31,403 nucleotides of DNA from Gemmatimonadota bacterium (GTDB lineage: Bacteria > Gemmatimonadota > Gemmatimonadetes > Gemmatimonadales > Gemmatimonadaceae), in assembly GCA_031372565.1 (NCBI GenBank), contig JANMLN010000060.1, forward strand, positions 1-31,403, in the 5' to 3' direction. Positions within the stretch are counted from its first letter, which is position 1, and each line of letters starts with the position of its first letter. The translations under genes and the position numbers were made by a program. Positions 8,809 to 18,374 of this stretch are shown one piece after another. The notes under the pieces are model-generated. The model did not search any database. It was not told the origin of the DNA and was given only the letters and a program-made list of their open reading frames with translations.

Positions 8809-10071
8809 TTACGGCGTCCCGGCCGGGGCCTTCGACGGTCGACCGCCTGCTTCGGCCGCCTCGACCAACTCCGCCTCGCGATCCTTGAGTGCGCGCACCC
8901 GTTCGGACAAACCGAACAGGCGGATGAAGCCGGCCGCATCGCTCTGCTCGTAGACGTCGTCCTCGCCGAACGTGACGAACCGCTCGTCGTAGAGCGCGTG
9001 CGGGCTCACGCGCCCGACGATCGTGATGTTCCCCTTGTACAGCTTCAGCGTGACCGTCCCGCTCACGCGCGCCTGCGTGACGTTCACGAAGGCGTCGTAG
9101 GCCGCACGCTCGGTGGTCCACCAACGCCCCTCGTAGACAAGATCGGCATACCGCGGCGCGATCAGGTCCTTGGCGGCGAGCGTCCGTCGATCGAGGACCA
9201 GCTGTTCGAGCTCGGAGTGTGCGGTGTAGAGCAGGGAGCCCCCCGGCGTCTCGTACACGCCGCGCGACTTCATCCCCACCAGGCGATCCTCGACCAGGTC
9301 GGTGCGTCCGCACCCGTGCCGTCCGCCGATCACGTTCAGGTACGTCAGCAGGTCGATGCCGTTCATCGTCTTGCCGTTGACCGCGACCGGGGTGCCACGT
9401 TCGAAGGTGATGCTCAGCTCCTCGGCGGCGTCGGGTGCGTCGGTCGGATCGGTGGTCATCTGGAACAGGTCCTTCGGCGGTCCCTGCGCCGGATCCTCGA
9501 GCACTCCCCCCTCGTGCGAGAGGTGCCAGATGTTGCGATCGCGCGAATAGATCTTGGTCGTCGTGGCCGCCACGGGGATGTTGCGCGCCGCCGCGTACGC
9601 GATCGCATCCTCGCGCGAGCGGATGTCCCACAGACGCCAGGGGGCGATGACCTCGAGGTCGGGCGCAAATGCCATGTAGGTCAGCTCGAACCGGACCTGA
9701 TCGTTCCCCTTGCCGGTGCAGCCGTGCGAGAGTGCGTCGGCGCCGACCTGCTTGGCGACATCCACCTGGCGCTTGGCAATGAGTGGGCGCGCGATGGCCG
9801 TACCCAGGAGATACTTCCGGCCGTAGATGGCCCCGGCTCGCAACATCGGGTAGCAGAACTGCTCCACGAACTCGTTGCGCATGTCCTCGACGTAGCAGGC
9901 ATCCGCGCCCGAGGCGATCGCCTTGGCCTTGACCCCTTCCAGCTCGTCGCCCTGGCCGATGTCGGCCGCCACACAAATCACCTTGGCGCCGGGATAGTGC
10001 TCCTTGAGCCAGGGAACAATGATCGAAGTATCCAGCCCGCCGGAGTAGGCGAGCGCAATCGTCTTGGGCAT
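8809..10071 (-). CDS. argG: Argininosuccinate synthase
   Basis: LAYSGGLDTS, HGCTGKGNDQVRFE, YSRDRNIWHLSHEGG, EDRLVGMKSRGVYETPG; start ATG 10071. Confidence 0.98.
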   Translation of the reverse strand: MPKTIALAYSGGLDTSIIVPWLKEHYPGAKVICVAADIGQGDELEGVKAKAIASGADACYVEDMRNEFVEQFCYPMLRAGAIYGRKYLLGTAIARPLIAKRQVDVAKQVGADALSHGCTGKGNDQVRFELTYMAFAPDLEVIAPWRLWDIRSREDAIAYAAARNIPVAATTTKIYSRDRNIWHLSHEGGVLEDPAQGPPKDLFQMTTDPTDAPDAAEELSITFERGTPVAVNGKTMNGIDLLTYLNVIGGRHGCGRTDLVEDRLVGMKSRGVYETPGGSLLYTAHSELEQLVLDRRTLAAKDLIAPRYADLVYEGRWWTTERAAYDAFVNVTQARVSGTVTLKLYKGNITIVGRVSPHALYDERFVTFGEDDVYEQSDAAGFIRLFGLSERVRALKDREAELVEAAEAGGRPSKAPAGTP

Positions 10072-10123
10072 GGTCACGACCAAATCAGGGTAGGCAAGGG
10101 GGGCACGAACCGATCACCGCCCC

Positions 10124-10158
10124 ATCGCAATTTTATGCAGTCCATTTACTCTCGTCAA
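10124..10158 (-). promoter_or_regulatory. argG sigma70 promoter with overlapping ARG box
   Basis: Minus strand TTGACG (10158-10153)-N17-TAAAAT (10135-10130); ARG-box-like ACTGCATAAAATTGCGAT (10141-10124) covers the -10. Confidence 0.75.
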
Positions 10159-10197
10159 TCGTGCCTCGAACGCGCTCCGTCTGCGACGCCCGCGCCA

Positions 10198-10659
10198 TCA
10201 GTCGTCGTGCCCGGCGAGGGCGCGCAACCGCTGCATCAGCTTTTCGCGCGCGGCGTCGGAGCGCATGATGATGAGAATCGTGTTCTCGCCGCCGACCGTG
10301 CCGATGACGTCGGAGAAGCCGGCCGCATCGATGGCCTCCGCGACCGGTTGCGCACCGCCAGCCGTCGTGGTGAGCACGATCAGTTCGCGCACGCCGTCGA
10401 TCTTGTAGAAGAACTGTGTGAGGAGCGTCTCGAGCGTGGCCCGCTGCTCTTCAGCCGCGCCTTCGAGGACCGCGTACCGGGAGCCGTCCGGTCCCGGCAC
10501 GCGCGCCACGCGCATCTCGCGCAAATCGCGCGAGAGCGTCGATTGCGTGACATCCCATCCTTTCGCCACCATCAAGTGACGCAGCTCTTCCTGACTCCCG
10601 ACCACCTGGGCGGTAATCAGGCCGAGGATGGCGCGGTGCCGGTCGGACTTGTTGGCCAT
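10198..10659 (-). CDS. argR: Arginine repressor
   Basis: SQEEL...VTQSTLSRDLREM (wHTH) and GTVGGENTILII (arginine-binding domain). Confidence 0.95.
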   Translation of the reverse strand: MANKSDRHRAILGLITAQVVGSQEELRHLMVAKGWDVTQSTLSRDLREMRVARVPGPDGSRYAVLEGAAEEQRATLETLLTQFFYKIDGVRELIVLTTTAGGAQPVAEAIDAAGFSDVIGTVGGENTILIIMRSDAAREKLMQRLRALAGHDD

Positions 10660-10742
10660 GGCGGAGGAAAGCGTGACGGGAGATGGTGCGCGGGAACGCT
10701 ACCACCGGCCGGCGACGAAGGGCAGGGCAGGGGGCGCAATGG

Positions 10743-10794
10743 TTGACTTCGAGCGGTTGCAAGAATATTCGTTAAGTGTGCATAAGATTCCGAT
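10743..10794 (+). promoter_or_regulatory. argC promoter with tandem ARG boxes
   Basis: TTGACT at 10743-10748; GTTGCAAGAATATTCGTT (10756-10773) and TGTGCATAAGATTCCGAT (10777-10794) are 18-mers separated by 3 bp, the canonical ArgR operator geometry. Confidence 0.7.
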
Positions 10795-11737
10795 TGGCGT
10801 CCTCGGGGCCTCCGGGTACGCCGGGCGCGAGCTCTGCGCCCTGATCAGCCGGCACCCGCAGCTCACTCTGGCCTTTGCCTCCGCGAACGCGCAGCGGGGG
10901 GAGACCGCGCGGTTGGGCGGCGCGGAGGTCACGTTCGTCGCGCCCGACGATGTACACCTGGCAGACGCCGAGCTGGTGTTTTCGGCGCTGCCGCACGGGG
11001 CGAGCGTGGAGTGGGTGGACCGGGTCCAAGCGGCAGGGCGGGCGGTGGTGGATCTCTCGGCGGACCTGCGCATCGGGAACAGCGACGCAGGGGTTCCGTA
11101 TGGCCTCACGGAGGTCGCGCGCGCGGAGGTCGCGCGCGCACGCGTGGTCGCCAACCCGGGGTGTTATCCGACCGCGACGTTGCTGGCGCTCCTCCCCCTG
11201 CTCGAGGCCGGGCTGGTGGCGCCCGGCGCGACGATCACGGTCAACGCCGCGAGCGGGGTCACCGGCGCCGGCATGTCGCCTCGGCTGGATCTGCTCTTCG
11301 GCGAGATCACCGAGAACTACTCCGCGTATGGTGTCGGCAACGAGCACCGGCACCTCAAGGAGATGCGGGCGATGGTCGCGCGCACCGGCGCCGACGTCGA
11401 CCTGCTCTTCACGCCGCATCTCCTGCCCGTGGCGCGGGGCATTCTGGCCACGATCACCGTGCCGCTCACCGCCCCGCTCGCCGATCCGCTCGCTCCATTC
11501 GCTGCGCGCTGGGCGGGCGAGCCGTTCATCGAAGTCGCCCAGGCGCTGCCGACGCTGCGCGATGTCGTGCACCGCAACGTGGTGCGCCTGAGCGCGCGCA
11601 TGGCCGCACACATGCGGACGCCGACGCTGCTGGTGTTCGCGGCCATCGACAACCTGATGAAAGGCGCCGCGGGTCAGGCGCTCCAGAACGCGAATCTCAT
11701 GCTCGGCCTTCCCGAAGCAGCGGGACTTCCGTCGTGA
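10778..11737 (+). CDS. argC: N-acetyl-gamma-glutamyl-phosphate reductase
   Basis: GVLGASGYAGREL, FSALPHG, VDLSADLR, VANPGCYPT, SGVTGAG, DNLMKGAAGQALQN; start GTG 10778. Confidence 0.96.
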   Translation: MHKIPIGVLGASGYAGRELCALISRHPQLTLAFASANAQRGETARLGGAEVTFVAPDDVHLADAELVFSALPHGASVEWVDRVQAAGRAVVDLSADLRIGNSDAGVPYGLTEVARAEVARARVVANPGCYPTATLLALLPLLEAGLVAPGATITVNAASGVTGAGMSPRLDLLFGEITENYSAYGVGNEHRHLKEMRAMVARTGADVDLLFTPHLLPVARGILATITVPLTAPLADPLAPFAARWAGEPFIEVAQALPTLRDVVHRNVVRLSARMAAHMRTPTLLVFAAIDNLMKGAAGQALQNANLMLGLPEAAGLPS

Positions 11738-12489
11738 TGCGTGTCATCAAGATTGGCGGTCGTGCGCAGGCTGATCCCGCGCTGCGCGGCGCCATCCTCG
11801 ACGCGTGGCGCATGGCCCCCGGCGCGCTGGTGGTGGTGCACGGCGGCGGCGACGAGGTCAGCACACTGCAACGCGCGTTGGGCGGCGAGCCGACCTTTTC
11901 CGGCGGACGTCGCGTGACGACCGCGCGCGATCTCGAGGCGGTGCGCATGGTCCTCTCGGGCGCCGTCAACAAGCGGCTCGTGGCGCAGCTGCGTGAGGCG
12001 CAGGCGGTGGGCATCTCCGGCGAAGACGGCGGCCTGCTCGAAGCGGTCATCACGGATCCGTCGCTGGGCCAGGTCGGCGCTCCGCACCGGGTGAATCCGG
12101 CGCTGCTCGCCCGATTGCTCACGGGAGGCTTCCTGCCCGTGGTCAGCCCGATGGGCCGGGACGCCCACGATCCCGGTGGAGCGGGACTCAACGTCAACGG
12201 CGACGATGCAGCGGCGGCTTTGGCTGTGGCGCTCGCCGCTGACGAACTCCTGTTCGTGGCCGACGTGCCGGGGGTGCTCGACGACGGGGCGTTGGTGCCC
12301 CGGCTCGACGCACACCAGGCGCGCGGGCTCATCACGTCCGGCATCGCCGGTGGCGGCATGGCCGCCAAGCTGCAGGCCGCCTGCACGGCACTCGACGGCG
12401 GCGTCGCCCGCGTGCGGATCGGCGCGATCGCCGCCGTCACCGATCCCGACGCCGGGACGCTGCTCTCCACTGCATTGCATCCGGCCTGA
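11737..12489 (+). CDS. argB: Acetylglutamate kinase
   Basis: VIKIGG, VVVHGGG, GRRVT, LNVNGDDAA, DVPGVL, IAGGGMAAKL; TGATG overlap with the argC stop. Confidence 0.94.
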   Translation: MRVIKIGGRAQADPALRGAILDAWRMAPGALVVVHGGGDEVSTLQRALGGEPTFSGGRRVTTARDLEAVRMVLSGAVNKRLVAQLREAQAVGISGEDGGLLEAVITDPSLGQVGAPHRVNPALLARLLTGGFLPVVSPMGRDAHDPGGAGLNVNGDDAAAALAVALAADELLFVADVPGVLDDGALVPRLDAHQARGLITSGIAGGGMAAKLQAACTALDGGVARVRIGAIAAVTDPDAGTLLSTALHPA

Positions 12490-12500
12490 GGGCCGCGCTC

Positions 12501-13745
12501 ATGTCCATCACGATTCGTCCTTCAACTGCGCCAGTGCCCGCCGCATCACCGCTCACGACCGCGTCGCCCGCACAGCCCTCGACCGGCAGCCCGGGTCCGA
12601 TCGCCCACACGTACAAGCGCGCCCCGGTTCCCATCGTGCGAGGGGAGGGGGTGACCCTGATCGACGCGAACGGGGATCGCTATCTCGACCTCGCGAGCGG
12701 CATCGCGGTCAACGCACTCGGCTACGGAGATGCGGGAGTGAAGGCGGCGATGAGCGCCGCGCTCGAGAGCGGCCTCATTCACGTGTCCAACCTCTTTCGA
12801 ACCGAGCCGGGCGAGCAGCTCGCGGCCGCACTCGTGGCGCGCTCGTTTGCCGATCGCGTCTTCTTCTGCAACTCGGGCGCGGAGGCCAACGAGGGGGCGT
12901 TCAAATTTGCCCGGAAATGGGCGCGCACGAAGGGCTCGGCCGCCAAGCACGAGATCATCTCGCTGCGGGGCGCGTTCCACGGCCGCCTCTTTGCCAGCGT
13001 GGCGGCCACCGATCGCCCGGCGTACCGGCTGCCCTTCCGTCCGCTCGCCGGCGGCATCACGATCGCGGAGCGCGACGAGCGTGAACTCGATGCGATGCTC
13101 GACGCCGAGACCGTCGCCGCGGTCATCGTGGAGCCGATCCAGGGCGAGGGCGGGGTGCGGGTCATCGACCCCAGCCTGCTGACCTGGCTGCGGCGTGTCA
13201 CCACCGAACGCCAGATCGCGCTGATCTTCGACGAGATCCAGTGCGGGCTGGGGCGGACCGGACATTTGTTCGCGTACGAGATGACGGGGGTCGTGCCCGA
13301 CATGGTCACGCTCGCCAAGCCGATTGCGGGCGGTCTGCCCATGGGTGCGATCCTGCTGTCCGAGGCGATGGCATCGCCGCTCGAGCCGGGGGAACACGGC
13401 ACCACATTCGGGGGCGGTCCGTTTGTCGCGAGCGTGGCACTGCATGTGGTCGAGCGGCTTTCGGACCCCGCGCTGCTGGCGCATGTGCGTGACGTCGGCG
13501 CCTGGATGGGGGACACGCTGCACGGCATGATGGCGCGCAGCGCGAAGGTGCGTGCCGTGCGGGGCGCCGGCTTCATGTGGGGCGTCGACGTCGTGGAGTC
13601 GTCGGCTGCCGTGGTCGCTCGTGCACGCGAGGCCGGGGTGCTCATTCTCTCTGCTGGTGATCACACCCTCCGGTTGCTGCCGCCGCTCGTGATGACGAAG
13701 GCCGAACTGGGTCAGGCGCTCTGCATGCTCGAGGGGGCGCTCTGA
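12501..13745 (+). CDS. argD: Acetylornithine aminotransferase (class III PLP enzyme)
   Basis: YLDLASGIAVNALG, FFCNSGAEANE, EPIQGEGG, FDEIQCGLGRTG, TLAKPIAGG, HGTTFGG; operonic with argCB. Confidence 0.93.
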   Translation: MSITIRPSTAPVPAASPLTTASPAQPSTGSPGPIAHTYKRAPVPIVRGEGVTLIDANGDRYLDLASGIAVNALGYGDAGVKAAMSAALESGLIHVSNLFRTEPGEQLAAALVARSFADRVFFCNSGAEANEGAFKFARKWARTKGSAAKHEIISLRGAFHGRLFASVAATDRPAYRLPFRPLAGGITIAERDERELDAMLDAETVAAVIVEPIQGEGGVRVIDPSLLTWLRRVTTERQIALIFDEIQCGLGRTGHLFAYEMTGVVPDMVTLAKPIAGGLPMGAILLSEAMASPLEPGEHGTTFGGGPFVASVALHVVERLSDPALLAHVRDVGAWMGDTLHGMMARSAKVRAVRGAGFMWGVDVVESSAAVVARAREAGVLILSAGDHTLRLLPPLVMTKAELGQALCMLEGAL

Positions 13746-13895
13746 CGCGCTGGTCGCGCCCCGCACCTGGCCGCCAGAACGGCACGCGTGGACCGCGTGC
13801 CGTTCTGCCTTCGGCGGGGTAGTTTCCTGCATCGATCCGCCCACGCGGCAACGACGAGCGTTGCCCGAAGCGTCACGCCTTGGTCCGCTCTCGAC

Positions 13896-15527
13896 ATGTC
13901 GCGAGTTCTTCGTCTCCTGGTCCTGCCCACGCTCGCTGCCGCCTGTGCCTTCGCACGTCCGAGCGGCGAGCTGCCCGCATCGTCCGTCGTCTCCGCACCG
14001 TCCACCGCGCGCACGGTCGCGGAACGACCCACGCTCGTGGTGTTCCTGACGGTCGACCAGTTGCGCGGCGACTATCTCGCCCGCTACGGCCCGGCGTTCA
14101 CGGGCGGCCTCAAGCGCCTGGTGGCGGGCGGTGCCGTGTTCGCCAACGGCTTTCACGATCATGCCATCACCGAGACCGCGCCCGGCCATGCGGCCACGCT
14201 GAGCGGACGCTTTCCGGTGCACACTGGCATCATCATGAACTCGCAGGGGGTGAATACCCGCGAGTATCCGCTGCTGAACGCGGCCAATGGCCCGGGCGCG
14301 GCCCCGTTCCGTTTCGAAGGGACGACGTTGATCGACTGGCTGGTCGCGGCAGACCGGCGGACGCGCGTGCTGTCGGTCTCGCGCAAGGATCGCGGCGCGA
14401 TTCTGCCGGTGGGCCGGAGCAAGCAGCAAGTGTTCTGGTACTCGCCCGACGGCGAGTTCACCACGAGCACCTGGTACATGGATGCGTTGCCGGACTGGGT
14501 GATGGCCTTCAATGCGGAGAACACGCCGCGCAGGAACGCCGGCAAGTCATGGACACTGCTGCGGCCCGTCACGGAATACCCTGAGCCCGATTCGGTGCCG
14601 ACCGAAGGCCGCGGGCAGGATTTCGTCTTTCCGCACGTTGCCCCGGCCGACTCGACGCTCGCTGCCGCGACCTTCCCGAACTATCCGGCCATGGACTCGC
14701 TCACGCTGGCGTTCGCGCTGCGGGGGCTCGACGACATGAAGCTGGGTCGCGGCTCGCAGACGGATCTGCTCGCGATCTCGCTCTCGACGCTCGATGCGGT
14801 CGGGCACCGGTACGGTCCCGATTCGCGCGAGGTGCGCGATCAGATGCTGCGCCTCGACCGCTATCTCGGGCAGTTTCTCGATGCGCTGTTCAAGGTGCGC
14901 GATTCCTCGCGCGTGATCATCGCGATCACGGGCGATCACGGCGTGACGCCGTTTCCCGCCGTGACGCTGTACGATCCGAATCGCGGGGCGCGCGTCGTGA
15001 CGCTCGATTCGGTGGAAAAGGTGATGGCCACTGCCCTTCGTGCACGCAACGTCGAGGCGGCCAAACTCTATAGCTGGGAAGACGGGGTCTTCGCGGTGGA
15101 CCCCGGTTACGCGCGCACGGTGGGACTGAACGTCGACTCGTTGGTGGATGCCTTTGCCATCGAGGCGCGCAAAGTACCGGGGGTGCTGCGGGCCGATCGG
15201 CTGCGTGATCTGGCGCGGGCCGACACGACCCGCGATGTGATCGCTCGGCGCTGGTTGCACATGTTTGATCCGATGCGCAGCAACGTGCGGCTCCTCGTCA
15301 CGCTGCAACAGTGGAGTGTCTGGTCGCTGGCCAACATCGCGATGCACGGCAGCCCACACGACAATGATGCGAGTGTCCCCGTGCTCTTCTGGGGTGCACC
15401 GTTCCAGCCGGGGGCTTGGCCGGATACCGTGCGCGTCGTGGACATGGCGCCCACGCTGGCGGAGGTGCTCGGGATTACGCCGACGGAGAAGCTCGACGGC
15501 CGCGCGCTGCGCCGCGCGATCCGCTAG
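13896..15527 (+). CDS. Alkaline phosphatase superfamily protein (PafA/PhoK-like), probable lipoprotein
   Basis: TVDQLRGDYL, HAITETAPGHA (Thr nucleophile), SRKDRGAI, DAVGHRYGPDS, TGDHG, HGSPH; lipobox-like LAAAC; start ATG 13896. Confidence 0.9.
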   Translation: MSRVLRLLVLPTLAAACAFARPSGELPASSVVSAPSTARTVAERPTLVVFLTVDQLRGDYLARYGPAFTGGLKRLVAGGAVFANGFHDHAITETAPGHAATLSGRFPVHTGIIMNSQGVNTREYPLLNAANGPGAAPFRFEGTTLIDWLVAADRRTRVLSVSRKDRGAILPVGRSKQQVFWYSPDGEFTTSTWYMDALPDWVMAFNAENTPRRNAGKSWTLLRPVTEYPEPDSVPTEGRGQDFVFPHVAPADSTLAAATFPNYPAMDSLTLAFALRGLDDMKLGRGSQTDLLAISLSTLDAVGHRYGPDSREVRDQMLRLDRYLGQFLDALFKVRDSSRVIIAITGDHGVTPFPAVTLYDPNRGARVVTLDSVEKVMATALRARNVEAAKLYSWEDGVFAVDPGYARTVGLNVDSLVDAFAIEARKVPGVLRADRLRDLARADTTRDVIARRWLHMFDPMRSNVRLLVTLQQWSVWSLANIAMHGSPHDNDASVPVLFWGAPFQPGAWPDTVRVVDMAPTLAEVLGITPTEKLDGRALRRAIR

Positions 15528-15538
15528 CGACGCCATCC

Positions 15539-16141
15539 GTGCCGCGCCCCGCCCGCCCCATGGGCACCGTGTTCGCGGCGTTGGACGAAGTGCGGTACGG
15601 CGCGGCCAACATCCTCAACCTGCGCGAGTCCCGGCCCACCGTGGCCGACGCGGTCGCACGGGCGGAGAGCTGGCTTCGCGAGCGCCAGGTGGCGCGCGTC
15701 GCCGAAGTGCTCATCATCACGGGGCGCGGCAATGGCAGTGAGGACGGCATTCCGGTGGTGCGCGAGGGCATCGTGCGCCTCTGCAGCCGGTTGCGACGCC
15801 AGGGCATCGTGCGGTCCGTCGGTGAACACACGCCCGGTGCGCTGCTGGTCGCGGTCGCGCCGGTCTCGGCCCTCGTTGATGCGGCGCCGCGCCGACGCCA
15901 CGCCGAACGGGTGTCGCGCCCCGATCCCGCTCGGCTGGCCGGTCTGGCTCCGGCCACGCGCGACGCCCTGCGCGAACTCGCCGAGCGCTCGCTCGATGAT
16001 CTCGGCGCACAGCTGGGCGATCGGGCGCAGGTGGAAGCCGAGATGCTGCGACTGTTCGGACGGCTCGCTCCGAGCGCGCCCTCGGAGGGCGACCTCCTGC
16101 GCCTGATCACCTCGGCGCACGACGAGCTGGACGCGCGCTGA
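15539..16141 (+). CDS. Smr/MutS2 C-terminal domain protein
   Basis: LNLRESRPTVADAVARAESWL...VLIITGRGNGS...TPGALLV matches the Smr fold; start GTG 15539 or ATG 15560. Confidence 0.8.
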   Translation: MPRPARPMGTVFAALDEVRYGAANILNLRESRPTVADAVARAESWLRERQVARVAEVLIITGRGNGSEDGIPVVREGIVRLCSRLRRQGIVRSVGEHTPGALLVAVAPVSALVDAAPRRRHAERVSRPDPARLAGLAPATRDALRELAERSLDDLGAQLGDRAQVEAEMLRLFGRLAPSAPSEGDLLRLITSAHDELDAR

Positions 16142-16169
16142 TGCCTCCCCTCGTGCGAGCTTTCGCGGC

Positions 16170-17348
16170 ATGACGGCAACCGATCTCGACCAGCGGATTT
16201 CGGACGGCCTGCCCATGAGCGGGGCGGAGCTGGTGCGCTATCGTCGCCAGATCACGTTGCCCGAGGTTGGCGTGGCGGGGCAGGAGCGACTCCGTGCTGC
16301 GCGCGTGCTCGTGGTCGGTACGGGCGGTCTCGGGTCACCGGTGTTGCTGTATCTCGCAGCGGCAGGCGTGGGGACGCTCGGTCTGGTCGATTTCGATCGG
16401 GTGGACGCCACCAACCTGCATCGACAAGTGGTGCACGGTACCGCGAGCGTCGGGCGGCCCAAGGTGACGTCGGCCATCGAACGGTTGCAGGACCTGAACC
16501 CGCATGTGCGCCTGGTCGCGCACGACATGGCGCTCACGTCCGCCAACGCGTTGGACGTGCTCGGGTCGTACGACCTCGTGGTCGATGGCACCGACAATTT
16601 TCCGACGCGCTACCTGTTGTCGGACGCCTGCGTCCTGCTCGGGAAGCCGAACGTGTACGGCAGCGTGCAGCGCTTCGAGGGGCAGGCGTCCATCTTCTGC
16701 ACGCCAACCGGGCCGTGCTACCGGTGCCTGTTCCGCGAACCGCCCCCGCCCGGCATGGTGCCGAGCTGCGCCGAGGCTGGCGTGTTTGGCGTGATGCCGG
16801 GGCTCGTCGGCATGATTCAGGCGACCGAAACCATCAAGTGGATTCTGGGGCTCGGTCCGACGCTCGACGGGCGCCTGATGCTGATCGATGCGATGAAGAT
16901 GTCGACGCGCACGATCGCGCTCCGGCGCGACCCCGAGTGTCCGGCCTGCGGCACCCGCACGATCACGGCCCTGATCGACTACGAAACCTTCTGCGGCGTG
17001 CGGCACGACGGTGCGCCCCTCACGGACCCCATGTTGCCCGATGAACTGTCTCCCCGCGACGCCGCCGAACAGATCGCGGCCGGGGCCTTCCTGCTGGACG
17101 TGCGGGAACCATTCGAGGCGGAGATCGCCGCGATTGCCGGCGCCACGCTGATCCCGATGCGCACGGTGCCTGAGCGCCTCGCCGAGATTCCCCGTGACCG
17201 GGATGTGGTGGTGCACTGCCATCACGGGATGCGGAGCCGCTCCGTGGCCGACTACCTCAAGTCGCAGGGCTATACACGCGTCGCCAACCTGACGGGCGGT
17301 ATCGATCGATGGAGCGCCGACGTCGATCCTGCCGTGCCCACCTACTAG
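16170..17348 (+). CDS. moeB: Molybdopterin-synthase adenylyltransferase MoeB/MoeZ with C-terminal rhodanese
   Basis: RYRRQITLPEVG, VVGTGGLGSP, NLHRQ, DGTDNFPTRY, CYRC, CAEAGV, CPAC; rhodanese active loop CHHGMRS. Confidence 0.9.
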   Translation: MTATDLDQRISDGLPMSGAELVRYRRQITLPEVGVAGQERLRAARVLVVGTGGLGSPVLLYLAAAGVGTLGLVDFDRVDATNLHRQVVHGTASVGRPKVTSAIERLQDLNPHVRLVAHDMALTSANALDVLGSYDLVVDGTDNFPTRYLLSDACVLLGKPNVYGSVQRFEGQASIFCTPTGPCYRCLFREPPPPGMVPSCAEAGVFGVMPGLVGMIQATETIKWILGLGPTLDGRLMLIDAMKMSTRTIALRRDPECPACGTRTITALIDYETFCGVRHDGAPLTDPMLPDELSPRDAAEQIAAGAFLLDVREPFEAEIAAIAGATLIPMRTVPERLAEIPRDRDVVVHCHHGMRSRSVADYLKSQGYTRVANLTGGIDRWSADVDPAVPTY

Positions 17349-17359
17349 GGAATTAGTAG

Positions 17360-18265
17360 ATGCGCTGGGTCGAGCTGGTCCGCTGGGCGTTGCCGCCGTT
17401 GGCCATCGTGGCGGGGGTGCGCGCGGCCAAGCGCCGCCGCTTGGTGCGCGCCGTGACGGCGCGGTTGGGCCCGCTTGATGCAGACGGCATCGTGGCGGGG
17501 GCGGGCGCGATTGCGCTCGACGCCGGCGCGCAGTCCGTGCTGCTCCTGCACGGTTTCGGTGATACGCCGCAATCGCTGCGCGGCCTCGCGCACTACCTGC
17601 ACGGACTCGGGATGACCGTTCGCGTGCCGCTGCTGCCGGGCCACGGTCGATCGGTGGCGGCCTTCGCCACCAGCACGGCCGACGAGTGGGACGCGTCGGC
17701 CGAGGCGGCCTATCAGGCGCTGCGCTCGCGCGGCGGGCCGGTGGCCGTGGTGGGCCAGTCGATGGGCGGAGCGCTGGCCATTCGGCTGGTCGTGCGTCAT
17801 CCCGAGGTCGCCTCGCTCGTGCTACTGGCGCCGTTCCTGTCGTTGTCGCGCCCGCTGGAGCTGGGCGCCCGCTGGTGGCGTCTCGCGTCACTCGTGCGCC
17901 CCGTGCTCGACAGCGCCGACGAGCGCTCGATTCACGACCCGGTCGCGCGCGCCGCGTCGCGTGGGTACGGGGTCTTTCCCGCGCCGCTGGCACCCCAGCT
18001 CGTCCGGGTGGTGCGGGCGGCGTGCGCCGACGCGCCCCGTCTGCGCCTGCCGGTGCGCGTCGTGCAGTCGCGCGAGGACAACCGGATCACGCCGGCCGGA
18101 ACCGAAGCGGTGGTTCGTACCATGGGCTCGCCGGAGATTGACCTGATCTGGCGCACGGGGGCAGGCCACGTGTTGTCGGTGGATCACGGACACGCCGAGG
18201 TCTGGGCGCTCGTGCGCGACTGGAACGAACGTCACGCGGTTGCCCAGCCGACCGCGACCGCTTAG
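17360..18265 (+). CDS. Alpha/beta-hydrolase (carboxylesterase / monoacylglycerol lipase-like)
   Basis: LLLHGFGDTP, LPGHG, GQSMGG nucleophile elbow, SREDNRI, GHVLSVD. Confidence 0.88.
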   Translation: MRWVELVRWALPPLAIVAGVRAAKRRRLVRAVTARLGPLDADGIVAGAGAIALDAGAQSVLLLHGFGDTPQSLRGLAHYLHGLGMTVRVPLLPGHGRSVAAFATSTADEWDASAEAAYQALRSRGGPVAVVGQSMGGALAIRLVVRHPEVASLVLLAPFLSLSRPLELGARWWRLASLVRPVLDSADERSIHDPVARAASRGYGVFPAPLAPQLVRVVRAACADAPRLRLPVRVVQSREDNRITPAGTEAVVRTMGSPEIDLIWRTGAGHVLSVDHGHAEVWALVRDWNERHAVAQPTATA

Positions 18266-18374
18266 AACTCTCCGCGATGCGCCACGGGTCATCGCTGGGC
18301 GAAAGTACCTCGTCCGGCGCTTATATTAGGCCCGGTTCGCGCCGCACCTGACTTCCTCTCCGCCCCACCGTCGC

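Noticed and set aside
7355..9976. 873-aa ORF suggesting an ArgH fusion with a 390-aa N-terminal extension
   Set aside because: The extension is an off-frame reading of argG that lacks stops because of GC3 bias; ArgH homology begins at ATG 8806.
8998..10746. Long antisense ORFs (582 aa here; also 12546-14429, 16335-17993, 20058-21488, 25135-27033)
   Set aside because: Shadow frames of well-supported genes in very high-GC DNA, with no recognisable motifs.
11011..11736. Long N-terminal extension of ArgB (492-aa ORF)
   Set aside because: It overlaps argC in another frame and gives Arg/Gly-rich nonsense; the kinase starts at the TGATG junction.
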